Program-made: the position numbers and the translations under genes
The notes under the pieces: generated by a model
Told to the model about the DNA's origin: nothing
What the model saw: only the letters and a program-made list of their open reading frames with translations
Database searches by the model: none
Shown here: piece after piece, positions 35,087 to 45,062 of the stretch
Position numbering within the stretch: the first letter of the stretch is position 1
Layout: every line of letters starts with the position of its first letter
From: a virus
Taxonomy: Duplodnaviria > Caudoviricetes
Reading direction: 5' to 3' (one strand)
DNA length: 58,397 bases
IMG/VR virus record: IMGVR_UViG_3300037153_000467
Span: 1 to 58,397 of that record

Positions 35087-36132
35087 CAGGCGCCCGCCCT
35101 CGCGGCGCGGGACTCGAGCGCCTTCAGCCGCTCGTGAAGCCGCGCGCTGGCTGCGAGCGTGGTCATCGCCGCCTTGCGCACGTCGACCATCTTGCCCTCG
35201 GGCGTGTCGGTCACGAGGCGCCTGCCGGCGTCGCTGCGCTCGAGGTCCTGCGCCATCACACCATCCCAGCGCCCGGTGCCGTGCTTGGCATCCTTGTATC
35301 GCCACGACACCGCGCCGCGCGCCGAGCTCAGGCCATCGAGCATCCGATCGATGTCGCCGCGCGCGTCGGCGACCTCGGTCTTCAGCCGCTCGTCGGAGAA
35401 CGCGCCGACGGCAGCGCCGATGCCGGAGATGAGGCCGCCACTCTTGGCCGCATCGGCGCTCTCGCGCTGGCCGCCGATCCCGAGGTCGGCATTGTACTTC
35501 GCGATGTTGGTGTTGTTCAGCTGGTTGAGGAACTGGAGGTAATTCGCCGAGTTGAGCTGGTTCACGCCAGCCTGGTAGCCAGCATTCGCGTTCGCGACGT
35601 TGATGTCGGCCCCGCGGCCAGCCGCGCCGACCTGTCCGAGCAGCCCCTGCGCGTTCATCTGGTCCTGCAGCGCGCTCTGCTGGCCCATGCCGGCCGCGGT
35701 CGAGCCGAGCGCCGCGCTCTGGTTGGCCGCGTTGCGGTAGGCCAGCGCCGCGTTCGCGCCGCGGGCCATGCGCGCCTGTGCCTGCTGTGCCGCCAGTGCG
35801 TTCGCGTATTGGCGCTGCACGGCGAGCTCGCCTGCGCCCTGCTGCTGGCCGCTCGCGATGCCCTGGAGCTGCTGCATCTGTGCAAGCTGCGCGCGACGGA
35901 ACGGGTCATCGCCCATCTGCAGCTGCGGCGCCTGCATGTTCGTGTACTGGTCGAAGCCGCGACCGAGCTGCTGTTGCATCAGCGCGCGATCTTGGAACTG
36001 CGTCGGCGTCTCCTTTTCGCCGTATGTGAACTTGCCCGGATCGAAGAAGTGATGCCACGAGAAGCCGGGCTCACCGGATTGACTCTGGTTGGCCTGTGCG
36101 TTGGTGAACTGGTCTTCGTAGGTTCCGGGCAT
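35086..36132 (-). CDS. Internal virion protein with C-terminal peptidase S74 (intramolecular chaperone) domain
   Basis: FSDERLK...WRYK...GVMAQDLE. Confidence 0.8.
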   Translation of the reverse strand: MPGTYEDQFTNAQANQSQSGEPGFSWHHFFDPGKFTYGEKETPTQFQDRALMQQQLGRGFDQYTNMQAPQLQMGDDPFRRAQLAQMQQLQGIASGQQQGAGELAVQRQYANALAAQQAQARMARGANAALAYRNAANQSAALGSTAAGMGQQSALQDQMNAQGLLGQVGAAGRGADINVANANAGYQAGVNQLNSANYLQFLNQLNNTNIAKYNADLGIGGQRESADAAKSGGLISGIGAAVGAFSDERLKTEVADARGDIDRMLDGLSSARGAVSWRYKDAKHGTGRWDGVMAQDLERSDAGRRLVTDTPEGKMVDVRKAAMTTLAASARLHERLKALESRAARAGA

Positions 36133-36140
36133 GGTGCTCC

Positions 36141-39100
36141 TCAGGCGCTCCGGGCCGCGCCGACCTTGAATGCTGGTCCGATGCCTCCGCCGACGAGCAG
36201 GAGTTCGGAGAGCTCGAAGCTCGCACCGAACGCGCCATCGGCTTCGGTGTCGGAGATCAGGAACGAGATGGCCTGACAGCGCTTGTTGATGTGGATGCGG
36301 CGCTGATACCGCGTCGTCCCGACGCCGGGGCCACCGTAGGGGCCGACACCGTACGAGCCTGCGCCGTAGAGCGAGGGGTTGTAGTTCGCATTGATGTCGC
36401 TATCGATCTGAGGCTTGTAATCATCGTTGTAGTCGATGCGGTATCGGACATTGAGCGTGTGCGCCGAGATGTACTTGCCGAGGAAGTACGCCCAGTGCAC
36501 GCGCTGCCAGCCCTGGAGGTATTGCGCGAAGTGGATCCACGCGGTCTCGATCGTGAGCTTGATGTGGACCTTGTCATCCTTGTAGATGCCGGGTGTCTCG
36601 ATGAACAGGCGTGAATCCGGTCGGAGGTAGTAGTAGAGCCCGTCGAGGACCAGCGCATCAATCCCGGTGTGATTGGTGAACGTCGACCACGCATTCCGGT
36701 TGTAGTCCCACATGAGCGCGAGACCGCCTGGCGTGTCGGTCAGATAGACCACACGCTGCGCAGTCGTGATCAGCGTCGCCCGCGTGACGGTCTGCGCGTC
36801 GAACTTCTGCATGTCATTGCCGATGTTCGAGATCTCTCGTGCGCGCGTCAGGAGCATGATTCCTTTCTTGCTCTTAAACGTGATGCCGAGAGGTGTTTGC
36901 GCGACGCTCGCCGCCGCGATGCAGCCAACGTCGGTCGTGATCAGCTCGATCGGCGTGAACGCGTTCGCGCTCGGGTCAACGCTCGGGTCAGCGAGCGGGC
37001 CGGGGCCGCCGAAGATGAAGGTGGCGGTCTCCGAGAACGGGATGATCGTGTCGTCCATCGCCTCGAGCGCGACGATGTCGCCCCCGAAGGCATCCTTGAT
37101 GAGCGAGAGCGCCACGGGGGCCTCGAGCGCGGTATCGTCGGCGCGCTGCTGCGAGTACCGCACCATGTTCGGATCGGTTGGGTCGGTCCAGAACAGGCGC
37201 CCCTTGCTGGTCGCGATGACGCCGCCGGCCCACGGCGCCGGGTCGTTGCTGAGGATGCCCCCGTTGGTGTAGAGCGGCTCGCGCGTCGCGATCGTCGCGT
37301 CATCGAGCGAGTCGACGAACGTCACCGTGTCCACGGTCGGATCGTTGGCGACGTAGCGGTTGGCCCCGGTGGTGACCGTCGGGTCGTTGCTTGTGACCTT
37401 GAACATGTCGATCGTCTGATCCGTGCCCGTCGCCCCCTGCTGCGAGCGCGCCACGCAGATCCGCGCGTTCGCGAACCGCGTGAGCCTGCATGTCGGGATG
37501 TTCATCGTGAAGGACTTCGGCCCACCGGCCATCGTCACGAGCATCTTCGTGCTGACCGCGCCGCGATGGAGTTCACCGTTGGCGTCCTGGGCCTCGTACC
37601 ACCACGCGTAGAGGTAGGTGCCGTTCGCGATGCTGCCGCCGGCCGTCGTCGTGATTGCCGCGGCGAGAGACACCGGCGCCCCGGTCGCGTCGTAGCCGGC
37701 ATCCGGCGCACAGTGAAAGTCGGCCTCGCGCCAGAGCTCGCCGTCATAGTGCTGCGGCGCCGCGCTCGCGAGGTAGAGCCCGCGGCCGAGCGGAGCCGTC
37801 GCGTAGAACGGTTGCATGTCGAGCGTCGCAAGCTTGAGCCCTTGCTCGGAGAACTGGTCCCCATTCGAGCTCGAGAGTTGGATGCGGTAGGGCAGAGGCA
37901 CGGCGTGCCGCCGCGCCTCGACCTCGTCGTCGGCCTGGTCCAGCGGCATCACGCTCGGCAGGTGCTGCGTCCACGCCCGCGTCCCGGCGCCGGTTGGCCG
38001 CATGAGCGAGCCGGCCGCCTCGCCGGGCATGAGCCGCGCCACGATCGTGTTGCCCGGCGAGTTGATGCCGCTGTCGTCGGAGAGGCGCAGTGCCGCGACG
38101 TAGGGAAAGAACCGCACGGTGTGCGCGACCATCACGTAGGCATCGCCGTCGATCGCCGACCCGTCCACGGTGGCCCCGTCATGCCAGGCACGCGAGACCA
38201 GCCCATGCCCGCGCAGCGTCGTGAACGCCGCATCGAGCGTGCCGGCGGTCTGCAGCGCGGCGCCGGCAACCACCTTGGTGAGGTCGGTGCTCGCCGCGGT
38301 GATCTCGGCCGCCCAGTAGAGCGTCGCGAATCCATCGCTGCCGCGGCCTCCGAATGCCGCCGTGAGTCGTGCGGAGGATGCGCCGACCGGACCAAGCACG
38401 GTCTGACGGATCGCGGTGCCGAGATCGTCGCCATCGGCGAGATAGCACCCGATGCTGTTGGCCGTGGTCGACCACACGACGGCAACGCGCGCGCTCACGG
38501 GATCCCATGTCACGGCGATCGGCCCGGTGAGCACCTCGGCCGGCTTCGCGATCACAGGTGGCAGGTTGTAGATCCCGGAGCCGAGGACGCCGCTCGGCGC
38601 GAGGTAGCCCAGCCGGAAGCCGCCGCCGGTGATGGACCAGGCGATCAGCCCGGGGCGGTCCGCGAACAGCCCGGAGGGGCCGTTGACGGCAGGGACCGCA
38701 TCGAAGAACGGCAACGCGGCATTGAGGTCGGCCGTCAGGATGCTGATCGTCGGCGCCGTCGCCGGGCTCGCTGTGCTGACCGTAGCGATCATGATCTGGG
38801 TCAGGTCCGAGCGCCGCCACAGGATGTGAATCATCTCGCCGACGGGCAGGCACCGCGGGTCCTTGGCATTCGCGCTCGAGTCGAGCTGCAGCTGCGAGAC
38901 CAGCACGCGCCCGGTCGCCGCCTCGAGCACGTCGCACCACACGCCAGTGCGGCTATCCTCCCATGCGACGACGCGAATCCCGTTGCGGTCCGCAACGTCG
39001 GGTTGCGTCTGCACGGTGCCGCTGCGCGCGATCGGCCGGGTCGTGCAGGTTGTCGCCGCGACCTCGCCGGCGTCGGCCCACGTGTCGCTCGATGGCCTGC

Positions 39101-39365
39101 GGCTGTAGCACCGCTTGTCGGTGAACAGCAGGACCTCGCCGCTCGGCGTCTTGGCTAGCCCGCGCGCCCCGGTGATGTTGCCGCCAGCGTCCTGGATCGC
39201 GGTCGACGCCGCGCGATACCCGCTGCGCTTCGAGATCGTGAATAGGTGCGTGAACACCCCGTTCTGCAGCTGGAGCAGCTTGACCGGTGAGACCTGCTTG
39301 GAGTCGGTGCGCGAGTCGACGCCGCCGCCGAACGGCAGAGCCAGCGCACCGGGGTTGAGCGCCAC
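36141..39365 (-). CDS. Tail nozzle/stabilization protein (P22 gp10 / T7 tubular B-like), 1074 aa
   Basis: GGGVDSRTD N-terminus; propeller-like GRLFW and DVGCI segments; synteny. Confidence 0.7.
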   Translation of the reverse strand: MALNPGALALPFGGGVDSRTDSKQVSPVKLLQLQNGVFTHLFTISKRSGYRAASTAIQDAGGNITGARGLAKTPSGEVLLFTDKRCYSRRPSSDTWADAGEVAATTCTTRPIARSGTVQTQPDVADRNGIRVVAWEDSRTGVWCDVLEAATGRVLVSQLQLDSSANAKDPRCLPVGEMIHILWRRSDLTQIMIATVSTASPATAPTISILTADLNAALPFFDAVPAVNGPSGLFADRPGLIAWSITGGGFRLGYLAPSGVLGSGIYNLPPVIAKPAEVLTGPIAVTWDPVSARVAVVWSTTANSIGCYLADGDDLGTAIRQTVLGPVGASSARLTAAFGGRGSDGFATLYWAAEITAASTDLTKVVAGAALQTAGTLDAAFTTLRGHGLVSRAWHDGATVDGSAIDGDAYVMVAHTVRFFPYVAALRLSDDSGINSPGNTIVARLMPGEAAGSLMRPTGAGTRAWTQHLPSVMPLDQADDEVEARRHAVPLPYRIQLSSSNGDQFSEQGLKLATLDMQPFYATAPLGRGLYLASAAPQHYDGELWREADFHCAPDAGYDATGAPVSLAAAITTTAGGSIANGTYLYAWWYEAQDANGELHRGAVSTKMLVTMAGGPKSFTMNIPTCRLTRFANARICVARSQQGATGTDQTIDMFKVTSNDPTVTTGANRYVANDPTVDTVTFVDSLDDATIATREPLYTNGGILSNDPAPWAGGVIATSKGRLFWTDPTDPNMVRYSQQRADDTALEAPVALSLIKDAFGGDIVALEAMDDTIIPFSETATFIFGGPGPLADPSVDPSANAFTPIELITTDVGCIAAASVAQTPLGITFKSKKGIMLLTRAREISNIGNDMQKFDAQTVTRATLITTAQRVVYLTDTPGGLALMWDYNRNAWSTFTNHTGIDALVLDGLYYYLRPDSRLFIETPGIYKDDKVHIKLTIETAWIHFAQYLQGWQRVHWAYFLGKYISAHTLNVRYRIDYNDDYKPQIDSDINANYNPSLYGAGSYGVGPYGGPGVGTTRYQRRIHINKRCQAISFLISDTEADGAFGASFELSELLLVGGGIGPAFKVGAARSA

Positions 39366-39494
39366 CGCGCGCGGCCGGCTAGGAAGCCGGAGCGGGCATG
39401 CGCGAGACCTGGTGCGCGGTCATGGGCCGGTCGAGCATCGAGGCCAGTCTACCCATGGCGCGGCGCGCTACGCAAGCGCACTCACAAAGCCGGT

Positions 39495-40232
39495 TCAGTT
39501 GCCGAGGACCTGCTTGCCCTGGCGGACGATGCTGAACGTCGGAGAGCCCACGTCCTGGGTCGAGGTGACCTTGCAGAAGTCGGCCGCCTTCACCCGGTAC
39601 ACGACCGGAAGCGTGGAGGTGTCGGTGGTCAGGAGCCCGCCCGCGTTTCCACGTGAAACAGTCTCGACCTCGGTCGCCGGGTTCGAACTCGAATCGCAGA
39701 ATAGGTGCACGGTCCCAGTGGCACCGGCAACGAGGCTCAGCGGCAGCGAGAACGAGATCGACATCGTCAGCTCGACGTCGTGCGTTGCATCGAGCTGGAT
39801 GGCCGACCCGTTGAGAGAGAAGCTCGTGGTTCCGCTCGAGGACACCAGCGCGCCGGGGCCGGTCGCTCCCGTGGCCCCGGTTGACCCCGTTGCGCCGGTG
39901 GCGCCCGTCGGACCCTGCTCGCCTAGGCCGATGCTGGGGTTCGGGCGCCATCGGTTGTCGTTGGTCCCGGTGTCGTCCTCGGCCGCCGAGTCCACCGCGA
40001 TCGTCGCGTACCCTGCCTGCGAGCCCGCCCCCATGGGGAAGCCGGTGGCATACCCGTCGGTATCGAGCGCCACGAGATGCCAGGTCGTATCTCCGTTGTC
40101 GGCGGTCAAGATCGCCGGGTAGGTGTGGGATGAGTTGTAGCGGTAGAGCACGCTCTGCCCGACCACGCCATCGGCCATCGCCGCGCCGAACATGACGCAA
40201 ATAATAGCAATCACAAGGAACGTTCGTTTCAT
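39495..40232 (-). CDS. Secreted collagen-like (GXY) protein
   Basis: Sec-type signal MKRTFLVIAIICVMFGAAMA; GEQGPTGATGATGSTGATGATG. Confidence 0.75.
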   Translation of the reverse strand: MKRTFLVIAIICVMFGAAMADGVVGQSVLYRYNSSHTYPAILTADNGDTTWHLVALDTDGYATGFPMGAGSQAGYATIAVDSAAEDDTGTNDNRWRPNPSIGLGEQGPTGATGATGSTGATGATGPGALVSSSGTTSFSLNGSAIQLDATHDVELTMSISFSLPLSLVAGATGTVHLFCDSSSNPATEVETVSRGNAGGLLTTDTSTLPVVYRVKAADFCKVTSTQDVGSPTFSIVRQGKQVLGN

Positions 40233-40333
40233 GAGACGAAACTACCTCCGGATGTGCGTGTTCGCTAATACTATTCCGATGGCATGCGATGCCTCGTGAG
40301 ACGAGAATCCGAATCACTCCGGACGATCCGGAA

Positions 40334-40361
40334 TTGACGTCAGCGCACACGCGCGTACTGT
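40334..40361 (+). promoter_or_regulatory. Sigma70-like promoter TTGACG-N16-TACTGT for a leaderless lipoprotein gene
   Basis: ATG lies 6 nt after the -10 box. Confidence 0.5.
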
Positions 40362-40367
40362 GTGCGT

Positions 40368-40637
40368 ATGAAGACCAATCTGATTCTGACCGCCGCTCTC
40401 GCCTTGACCCTGGCCGCCTGCGCCGCCGATCAGCCCCAGCCCGCGAACACGGCCACCGACTGGCCGAAGTGGCTCACCGACTGCGGCACCGCGCCGCAGA
40501 TCCCGCAGTGGTCGTACACCGTGCAGGCATCCGATCCGGGCGCGGTTCGCGTTCCGATCGAGCAGTGGGACCGCCACGTCGCATGGTCCATCGCCGTTGC
40601 CGCGTGGTCCGACTGCGTGGACGCCACCCGCTTCTGA
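40368..40637 (+). CDS. Small lipoprotein, opposite strand to the structural operon
   Basis: Lipobox LAAC after a hydrophobic signal. Confidence 0.8.
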   Translation: MKTNLILTAALALTLAACAADQPQPANTATDWPKWLTDCGTAPQIPQWSYTVQASDPGAVRVPIEQWDRHVAWSIAVAAWSDCVDATRF

Positions 40638-40638
40638 C

Positions 40639-41814
40639 CTACACCGGGATGTCGTAGTCAATAACCAAGTTCGCCAGCTTGCCAGCGACGCCGCCGGCCG
40701 CGATCGCGAACTTCACGAAATAGACCTGCCCGGTGCTCGGCGTCAGGTTGACACCGGCGATCTGCTTTTTGGCCGTCCCGGTGTTCGTGAACGTGGTGCT
40801 CGCGATGTCCGAGATCGTAGTCGTCGCGGCATCACCCGTCCCCGATTGTGCAAGCGATAGCGTCGTGTTGGCGCGGTCCCCGGCGATCGTGAACCCCATC
40901 GTCACATTCACGATCCGCCAGTGAGCCGGCAGCTCCGGCAACAGGATGTACCCGGCGTCGTTGGCTACGAACGCAAACCCGTACGCCGTCGCCGGGACGA
41001 GGATGGTGCCCGCCGTCATGATGACGTCCGCGGCTCGAAGCGGGATGTTGATGCTCTTGGTCCCCTGTCGGTACGATGCTGTGCCGCTGATCGTGATGCT
41101 CTGGTTCGCCGCCAGCGTGTTGCTGAAGCTCATTGCCCCGGTGCTGTCGACCTGGGCCAGCACGGTGGAGCCCGGCAGCGCGCCCGGGAACGTGAGCGCG
41201 TAGCTCGCGCCGAGCGCCGCTGGGCTCTTGAGCGTCACGGCCTGCGTCGGGACTGGCGTCGCACCAACCGCCTTGAACTCGAACAACGCGAGGTCCGCCG
41301 ACCGCATCTTTGCGTACTGCCGCACGCTCGCGCCGACCTGTTGCTCGAACCAGTACGCGTCGGATGCATCGTTGAACTCGGCGAGCGCGCCGGCGGAGAC
41401 GTAGTCGCCACCGAAGCCGCCGGTGAAAGCGCCGACGTTGAGTGTCGCGCCGGCGGTGAACTTGACGTTCGCGCCGCCCATCGTTCGGAAGTAGAGCTCG
41501 TTGAGGGTCAGACCGCCCGTGCCGTCTGAGATGAAGAACGCGCCGGTCATCCCCGCGACGTCGGCGGCCGCGCTCGGGAAGAAGTCCACCGCCTTGAGGT
41601 CGGTGATCGCGAACTTCGTTCCGCCGCTCGCCCACGAGATGTCCTGGTCGACCTTGACCGAGGAGAGCAGGATCTGCGCGCCATCGCCGGGCGCGTGCGT
41701 GTGCGCGTCAATGACACCGCGGACGGCGGTGTCCATGATAGCGTCCCACTGGTCGGCGTCATCGTGGTCGCTCGGCCAGATGATGCCCATGTTCGGGCTT
41801 GGTGCTTGTGGCAT
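40639..41814 (-). CDS. Tail fibre/appendage protein, 391 aa
   Basis: IDAHTH N-terminus; TLKSPAALGASYALTFP fibre-type motif. Confidence 0.7.
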   Translation of the reverse strand: MPQAPSPNMGIIWPSDHDDADQWDAIMDTAVRGVIDAHTHAPGDGAQILLSSVKVDQDISWASGGTKFAITDLKAVDFFPSAAADVAGMTGAFFISDGTGGLTLNELYFRTMGGANVKFTAGATLNVGAFTGGFGGDYVSAGALAEFNDASDAYWFEQQVGASVRQYAKMRSADLALFEFKAVGATPVPTQAVTLKSPAALGASYALTFPGALPGSTVLAQVDSTGAMSFSNTLAANQSITISGTASYRQGTKSINIPLRAADVIMTAGTILVPATAYGFAFVANDAGYILLPELPAHWRIVNVTMGFTIAGDRANTTLSLAQSGTGDAATTTISDIASTTFTNTGTAKKQIAGVNLTPSTGQVYFVKFAIAAGGVAGKLANLVIDYDIPV

Positions 41815-42614
41815 CAGCTGTACTCCTCGATGATAAGAATCGCGCCGGACCCGGCGCCGCCCGCGAAGCCCCCGGCGCCCGCGTTCGCCCCGCCGCCGCC
41901 CGCGCCGCGCCCGGTCGCATCGGCGCCAGCAGCGTGGACCAGCGACGAGCCGAGACCGCCAGTGCCGTAGGGCGACGAGGCGCCATCTCCGGGGAAGGCC
42001 GCTCCGGCGATCGTGAATCCATGCGAGCCGGTCTGCGCTGATTCTGCTAGGACATCACCGCCCGAGCTCGAGCCGGCACCGCCACTTCCACCTGGCAGCA
42101 CCATGGTGGTCGCAGTCGATGAGGTCCCGAGTCCGCCGGTGCCGCCCTTGGCGGTGTACGTTGCGCCCTGGATCACGAAGGAGGCATCGCCGGCTGTGCC
42201 CCCGTTTCCGCCGGCGCTCGATCCGCCGGCTCCGGCCGCACCGAGCGTGACCGCGCCGCCCGTGACATCCCCGTCGGGGGCGGTGTAGCCCTCGAGCCGA
42301 ACACCGCTGCCGCCGCCTCCGCCGCATGCCGCGTTCGCACCTCCGCCCGCGCCGCCGCCGCCGCCGCCGGCCGCCTGGAGCCACCAGCGCGCCGCCTGGG
42401 TCCCCGGGGTCGGCACGTAGAGCCCAGAGGCGATGAAGCGCTGGACGTTGAGCAGCCGGCCTCCTCCGGAGCGCAGCGCATCGAGCCCGGCGCGAACCTG
42501 CTGGATCGCCGGCGCGACCTGCTGGAGCGCGCGCTGCGTGTCGTCGTCGTTGCTCACGCGCGGCAGGAGCATCGCGTGCCCTGGCGCAGGCCGCTCGGGC
42601 CGCTGCGCCGGCAT
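41814..42614 (-). CDS. Glycine-rich tail protein
   Basis: FIASGLYVPTPG...GGGGGG...ILIIEEY. Confidence 0.75.
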   Translation of the reverse strand: MPAQRPERPAPGHAMLLPRVSNDDDTQRALQQVAPAIQQVRAGLDALRSGGGRLLNVQRFIASGLYVPTPGTQAARWWLQAAGGGGGGAGGGANAACGGGGGSGVRLEGYTAPDGDVTGGAVTLGAAGAGGSSAGGNGGTAGDASFVIQGATYTAKGGTGGLGTSSTATTMVLPGGSGGAGSSSGGDVLAESAQTGSHGFTIAGAAFPGDGASSPYGTGGLGSSLVHAAGADATGRGAGGGGANAGAGGFAGGAGSGAILIIEEYS

Positions 42615-43315
42615 CAGAACCAGTCATCCTCCCAACCGGGCCAGTCGCTCTCGCGCCGGGGGCCGGAGGGGTCGAGATAGAACGGCTCGCCGGCATCGCG
42701 GTTCCCGGCATCGGTGCGGAGCCCAGCGACGGCCTCAGCGATCTTCCGGTTGCCCGGCGACGGGTCGAGCTCGGAGCGGAACAGCGCTTCGCGGTACGCA
42801 TACGCGACCACGAGCAGCTCCTCGCTCGGCACGTCGAAGGTCAACGCAGTCGCATCGGCCGTGCTCGCGAACTGCGGCGGCAGCGGGATCCAGTAGATCT
42901 TGCCCGTGCACGCCGGCGGAACCGGGACAAACACGAGGTTCCCGGCCTGCATGCGGTAGCGGAGCCTCGAGACCGTCGTGGATGGCACCGCGCTCCAGCG
43001 ATGCGCCGCCGCGATGTCGTGCGGTGGGCAGCGGCGGAACCGGATGCCATCGGAGCTCACATCGAGGTGACGGAGCTCGTAGAAGTTGGGGGCGATCGTC
43101 GCGAGCGCGTACGTGTCAGTGCCTGCGACGATCGCGAACGTGGCGGACAGCGTGTAGTAGTCCTTCCACGCGTTGACCATGGCCCGGTAGCCCTCGAGCA
43201 ACCCGTAATTGATCGCTTGGAGCAGCACGTCGGGCGTGATGTCCGACGACCCCTCCCACCCGCCGAGCTGTTGCACGGCGAGCGAGAGCTGCGCGAAGGT
43301 CCGGGTGTAGGCCAT
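42614..43315 (-). CDS. Head-tail adaptor protein
   Basis: Size and synteny; IVAGTDTYAL...FYEL and FVPVP motifs. Confidence 0.7.
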   Translation of the reverse strand: MAYTRTFAQLSLAVQQLGGWEGSSDITPDVLLQAINYGLLEGYRAMVNAWKDYYTLSATFAIVAGTDTYALATIAPNFYELRHLDVSSDGIRFRRCPPHDIAAAHRWSAVPSTTVSRLRYRMQAGNLVFVPVPPACTGKIYWIPLPPQFASTADATALTFDVPSEELLVVAYAYREALFRSELDPSPGNRKIAEAVAGLRTDAGNRDAGEPFYLDPSGPRRESDWPGWEDDWF

Positions 43316-43318
43316 GGC

Positions 43319-43753
43319 TCAGTACACTGGCCTGTTCTTCTGGCCCTTGATTGTGAAGGTCAGGAAGTCGGTGGAAAGCAGATCGACGGCGGCGCCGCTC
43401 GTCGCCAGGTTGGTACCGAACGTGATCACGCCGGTGGTTGGGTTGTAGTCGGTGATGAACACGTCCTTGTAGGCCGCGGCGCCGGTCGTCGACCACACCT
43501 CGCCGGCGATGCTGATCACGACCGGCAGGATATCGCGCAGCTTCGCGGTGTATGCGCCCACGCCCGAGCGCGTGATGTCGGTCGCCGTGAGGCTGATGAA
43601 GTTGTTGCTCGCGAACGACATCGCCGCGCCCGACGTACCCGTGGTGACGTTGGGCGCGCGGACCGGAGCGGCGGCGCCGGCGCCCTGGAGCTTGGCGAAG
43701 TACGTGATCAGCTCGCTCGGCATCGCGTACGCTGGATTTTCGCTTTGGATCAT
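43319..43753 (-). CDS. Putative capsid decoration/virion protein
   Basis: Follows the MCP; strong RBS; beta-rich. Confidence 0.6.
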   Translation of the reverse strand: MIQSENPAYAMPSELITYFAKLQGAGAAAPVRAPNVTTGTSGAAMSFASNNFISLTATDITRSGVGAYTAKLRDILPVVISIAGEVWSTTGAAAYKDVFITDYNPTTGVITFGTNLATSGAAVDLLSTDFLTFTIKGQKNRPVY

Positions 43754-43786
43754 TGCTGTTCTCCTTTCGTGGTCACGTCGAGTGGA

Positions 43787-45046
43787 TCACGGCAGGATGA
43801 TCACGCAGTTGTAGCCGGGGGCCTTGCAGCTGAAGTTGAAGTACTCGCCCACGCGCGCCTCGTAGCCGTCGTTAGACTCCGAGACCTTGATGATCGAGCC
43901 CGCGCGCTTCTGCAGGAAGTTTGGCGCCGGGCCGGCGCTGAACATGCACCACGAGCTCCAGGTGAGCACGTAGATGCGCTTCTGCGGGCAGCATCGATCG
44001 GTGTAGAGCGTCAGGTCGCGACCGTTGAGGTTCACGCTGAAGCCCTTGTAGCCGATGGTGGCCATCTTCACGCCGTCGTAGCCGACGGCGCTCGTCATGA
44101 TCCACTTGCCCTCCATCTGCTTGGTCAGCGTGCCGAAAGTGACCGGGTTGAGCCAGACCACATCCGGATCACCGCCGATGTTGTCGACGGCCGCGACGGC
44201 GTCGACCAGCAGGTTCGCGATCGACTGCCCTGCCGTGCCGGTGATGCGCAGCCCACCGAGGTACTCGCTCTCGCTCGTGCGGTCGACGCCGTAGAACAGG
44301 GTCGCCGACGGCGCGGCGTCCGGGACCCAGTCGGCCAGGCCCGACGCCGCGAGCGCGGTGCCGGCGTTCTGCCCATCACCGTTCAGGTACAGAAAGTCGG
44401 TGTTCACGAGCGCCGCGATGCCCGCGGTGCCGTTGCCGGTCAGGACCAGCGCGCCGGTCGAGCGGGTGACCGACGCGATCGTGATGGTCCCGGCGCGCAG
44501 CGCGCTGCCGAGGGTCGCCGACGCCTGCAGCACCTCGCCGGCGCGAATGCCCCAGACCGAGCTCGGATCGAGGAACGTGATGTTCGGCGTCGCGACGTTC
44601 GAGACGCCGTCGATCTGCCCGACCTCGCCGGCCTGGGTCCGGAAGAAACGGAAGTTGATGTAGTTGCCCTCGGCCTCGATCGCGTTGTCGAACTCATCGA
44701 AGGCGCTCTCGAACGCGTCCTCGTCGCCGGTCGCGGTCGCCTCGATCGCCTGGTTGTCGACCTTGGCGAGGCGGTAGTGCGCGCGGCGTTGGACGAGGAA
44801 CGCCTTGTACGCGCTGGTGTTGTTCGCGGCATTGGTGACCGCGACAGAGAACGTCGAAGATCCTCCGCCGGGGAGCGCGGTCATGATGGGCTGCACCCAC
44901 TCGCGGCCACCGGCGTTGGTCTTCTTCTGGCTCTTGGCCAGCATGCCGGTCGCCTTGTTCTTCTGCATCGCCATGCGGGCGAGTTCGAACGGGGTGTAGT
45001 GCTCCTTCACGACGGGGTCGAGTACGGTCAGGTCGGTAACGGCCAT
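43787..45046 (-). CDS. Major capsid protein, 419 aa
   Basis: Follows portal and scaffold; LFYGVDR, DRCCP and N.SCKAPGYN C-terminus. Confidence 0.88.
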   Translation of the reverse strand: MAVTDLTVLDPVVKEHYTPFELARMAMQKNKATGMLAKSQKKTNAGGREWVQPIMTALPGGGSSTFSVAVTNAANNTSAYKAFLVQRRAHYRLAKVDNQAIEATATGDEDAFESAFDEFDNAIEAEGNYINFRFFRTQAGEVGQIDGVSNVATPNITFLDPSSVWGIRAGEVLQASATLGSALRAGTITIASVTRSTGALVLTGNGTAGIAALVNTDFLYLNGDGQNAGTALAASGLADWVPDAAPSATLFYGVDRTSESEYLGGLRITGTAGQSIANLLVDAVAAVDNIGGDPDVVWLNPVTFGTLTKQMEGKWIMTSAVGYDGVKMATIGYKGFSVNLNGRDLTLYTDRCCPQKRIYVLTWSSWCMFSAGPAPNFLQKRAGSIIKVSESNDGYEARVGEYFNFSCKAPGYNCVIILP

Positions 45047-45062
45047 GGCTCAGGTCCTTTGT

